Under the pieces are notes generated by a model. That model saw only the letters and a list, made by a program, of their open reading frames with translations. It was not told where the DNA came from and made no database searches. From a virus (lineage: Duplodnaviria; Caudoviricetes), in the IMG/VR virus record IMGVR_UViG_2595698524_000001, positions 96,001-160,000 of that record: 64,000 nucleotides of DNA. The stretch is one strand, 5' to 3'. A program made the position numbers and the translations under genes. Below, piece by piece: positions 62,361 through 64,000 of the stretch (the stretch's first letter is position 1; the number at the start of each line of letters is the position of its first letter).

Positions 62361-64000
62361 ATGTTCAAAGTAGACCGTATTGTTCTTAAGCGTTTCACAG
62401 GGATGTCGCTACATGAGATTGCTGAGTTCGACTTTACCATCAAAACGCCCATCACAATTATTCTCGGCGGTAACGGTTCCGGCAAAACCAGTCTCTTGTC
62501 AGTTTATTTCCCGGTCTGTCCACCGAAAGAAGATTTGATGGACGGTGGTTCGTACACCAACTACTGTCAGAAGGACGACACCAAATATAAGTGCCACGTC
62601 AAACGTACGGGCGGGACACTGCACTGCACCATCGTTAACTTGACCACCAATGAAGAAGTGGTATCTAAAGTTAACCCGAAAGTTTACAACGCGAATATCG
62701 AAGACCTGTTTGGTTTGAACCGTGAACGTAAAGAGCTGCTGAACGGTGAGAACATTCTGACCCGTGCAGGTACCGCACAGCGTCGTCAGTGGTTCACCAT
62801 GCTGTCTACCTCTAACCTGACCTACGCGCTGGGCTTTTATGCGCGTCTGCGTAAGCACCTGACTGCGCTCGGCAACCAAGCCGACTACGTCCGTGGTAAG
62901 ATTGCCGAAACCAAAGTCCGTGTGGTTGAAGACGAGTCTGAACGTCTACAGTTAGAAACCCGTTTACAGCAACTCGAGAAGGAAATCAATCAGCTGGCCG
63001 CATCATTAGCCAACACGCCTGCTACCGACCCGAATGTGGATGAGGATTATATTCGCCATCTCTTGGCGCAGTGTGGTGAAGTCAGCAAGTTCGTGGTGGG
63101 TAGTGAGTCCATTCCGGTGCAGGAAGACATTGACGCTGCGCAACTGACTATTCAAAACCTGAATGGACAGATTCAAACGTGGGGTGCTGTTTACAGTGAG
63201 CGTAATAAGGCGCTGTCACAGCTGATGGATGAGGAAGCTCGTCAGCAGTATCTGATGCGTAACCACACCGGATTAAAAGAACAGATGGAGAAGCTCACCG
63301 AAACTGTTCAAGGTTACGAAAACCGTCAGTACATGTTCCCCGGGCTGTTCGATACGCAACTGACTATCGGTGAATTAATTTCGGCTACTACTGTTGCGCA
63401 GGAGTTTACGCCTTTACTGCAATCGAATTTGGACGGACTAACAACTCGTGAAACCATTCGTGCGATTCAAGAGCGTCTCTTGCCCATTGAAAACCGCGTT
63501 TCTGAGCTGGCAGGTAAACGCATCAACTTAGAGCGCTTGCTTGGCGAAGACCGTTCCATGTTGCAGCACATTCGTGACACTGACGAGGTAAGTTGTCCGA
63601 ATTGCACACACACCTTTAAACCGGGCGTGGGTAAACTCACGGAAGGGGATTTACTGCAACGCATTCAGACCGGTGAAAACCACATCGTAATCGTCGCAAC
63701 AGAAATTGAGCAGCTGACTCGCGAACAAACGAGCTTAATTGAAGAGATGAAACGCCTGCAAGCTATCCGTGAGATTGTCATGACTTTCTCCCGCGACCGC
63801 GTATTAGGTATCCTCTTTAAGAAACTCACCGAGGAAGAAGCTTTCCGTCAGCATCGGTACAAATTCGGCGGTATCATGACCGTCTTCTTTGATGAGCTGG
63901 CAGAAGCGACTCATTACCTGCGAGCCTGCAAAGATTTGGACAAAACCAAATCAGAGTGGGCTGAGTTGGCGCGGGCGCAAGGCAATGTTGATACCACGCT
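62361..64000 (+). CDS. SbcC/Rad50 (gp46-like) DNA repair ATPase, 3'-truncated by the window end
   Basis: Absent from the ORF track because it has no stop in the window. My translation gives MFKVDRIVLKRF...IILGGNGSGKTSLL (Walker A), a long coiled coil and a CPNC zinc hook near 63594-63605. Confidence 0.9.
   Translation, partial: MFKVDRIVLKRFTGMSLHEIAEFDFTIKTPITIILGGNGSGKTSLLSVYFPVCPPKEDLMDGGSYTNYCQKDDTKYKCHVKRTGGTLHCTIVNLTTNEEVVSKVNPKVYNANIEDLFGLNRERKELLNGENILTRAGTAQRRQWFTMLSTSNLTYALGFYARLRKHLTALGNQADYVRGKIAETKVRVVEDESERLQLETRLQQLEKEINQLAASLANTPATDPNVDEDYIRHLLAQCGEVSKFVVGSESIPVQEDIDAAQLTIQNLNGQIQTWGAVYSERNKALSQLMDEEARQQYLMRNHTGLKEQMEKLTETVQGYENRQYMFPGLFDTQLTIGELISATTVAQEFTPLLQSNLDGLTTRETIRAIQERLLPIENRVSELAGKRINLERLLGEDRSMLQHIRDTDEVSCPNCTHTFKPGVGKLTEGDLLQRIQTGENHIVIVATEIEQLTREQTSLIEEMKRLQAIREIVMTFSRDRVLGILFKKLTEEEAFRQHRYKFGGIMTVFFDELAEATHYLRACKDLDKTKSEWAELARAQGNVDTT

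Noticed and set aside
1-64000. tRNA, rRNA, integrase or transposase genes
   Set aside because: None were recognised. Intergenic gaps are short and I saw no tRNA cloverleaf by eye; tRNAscan-SE or Aragorn would be the decisive check.

Overview
This is a 64-kb segment of a lytic jumbo myophage genome, most likely phiKZ/SPN3US-like (Chimalliviridae-type). That assignment is inferred from gene content and order, not from a database search. 1-18.6 kb (+) holds dense accessory and nucleotide-metabolism genes: thymidylate synthase, a MazG-like pyrophosphatase, a BCS1-like AAA ATPase, HslV- and HslU-like protease subunits, two lipoproteins and many hypotheticals. 18.7-34.3 kb is a tandem array of paralogous virion proteins, one carrying a T-even gp38-like polyglycine adhesin domain. 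34.4-55.7 kb (-) holds an M15 peptidase, a DUF1353 protein, an 8-gene radical-SAM operon and four paralogous tail-fibre-like proteins. 55.8-64 kb holds a probable virion protein, a signal-less DUF1471 protein, a baseplate spike with an HxH tip, hypotheticals behind a TATATTAC motif and a partial SbcC/Rad50-like ATPase. The standout is the operon at 35669-41038. It encodes three paralogous small proteins with a shared MAVSLNxV leader; two have cores of exactly 21 Cys in (Cxxx)n register and the third is truncated. It also encodes two radical SAM enzymes (one with a SPASM domain), two unknown proteins and a DUF4376 tail-assembly-type protein, with no transporter or leader peptidase. It looks like a phage-encoded RiPP-type maturation system that may modify virion fibre components. 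Also notable is a free-standing 78-aa protein ending CTGGACKI, which mimics the redox tail of ribonucleotide reductase NrdA. I saw no tRNA, rRNA, CRISPR array or mobile element.
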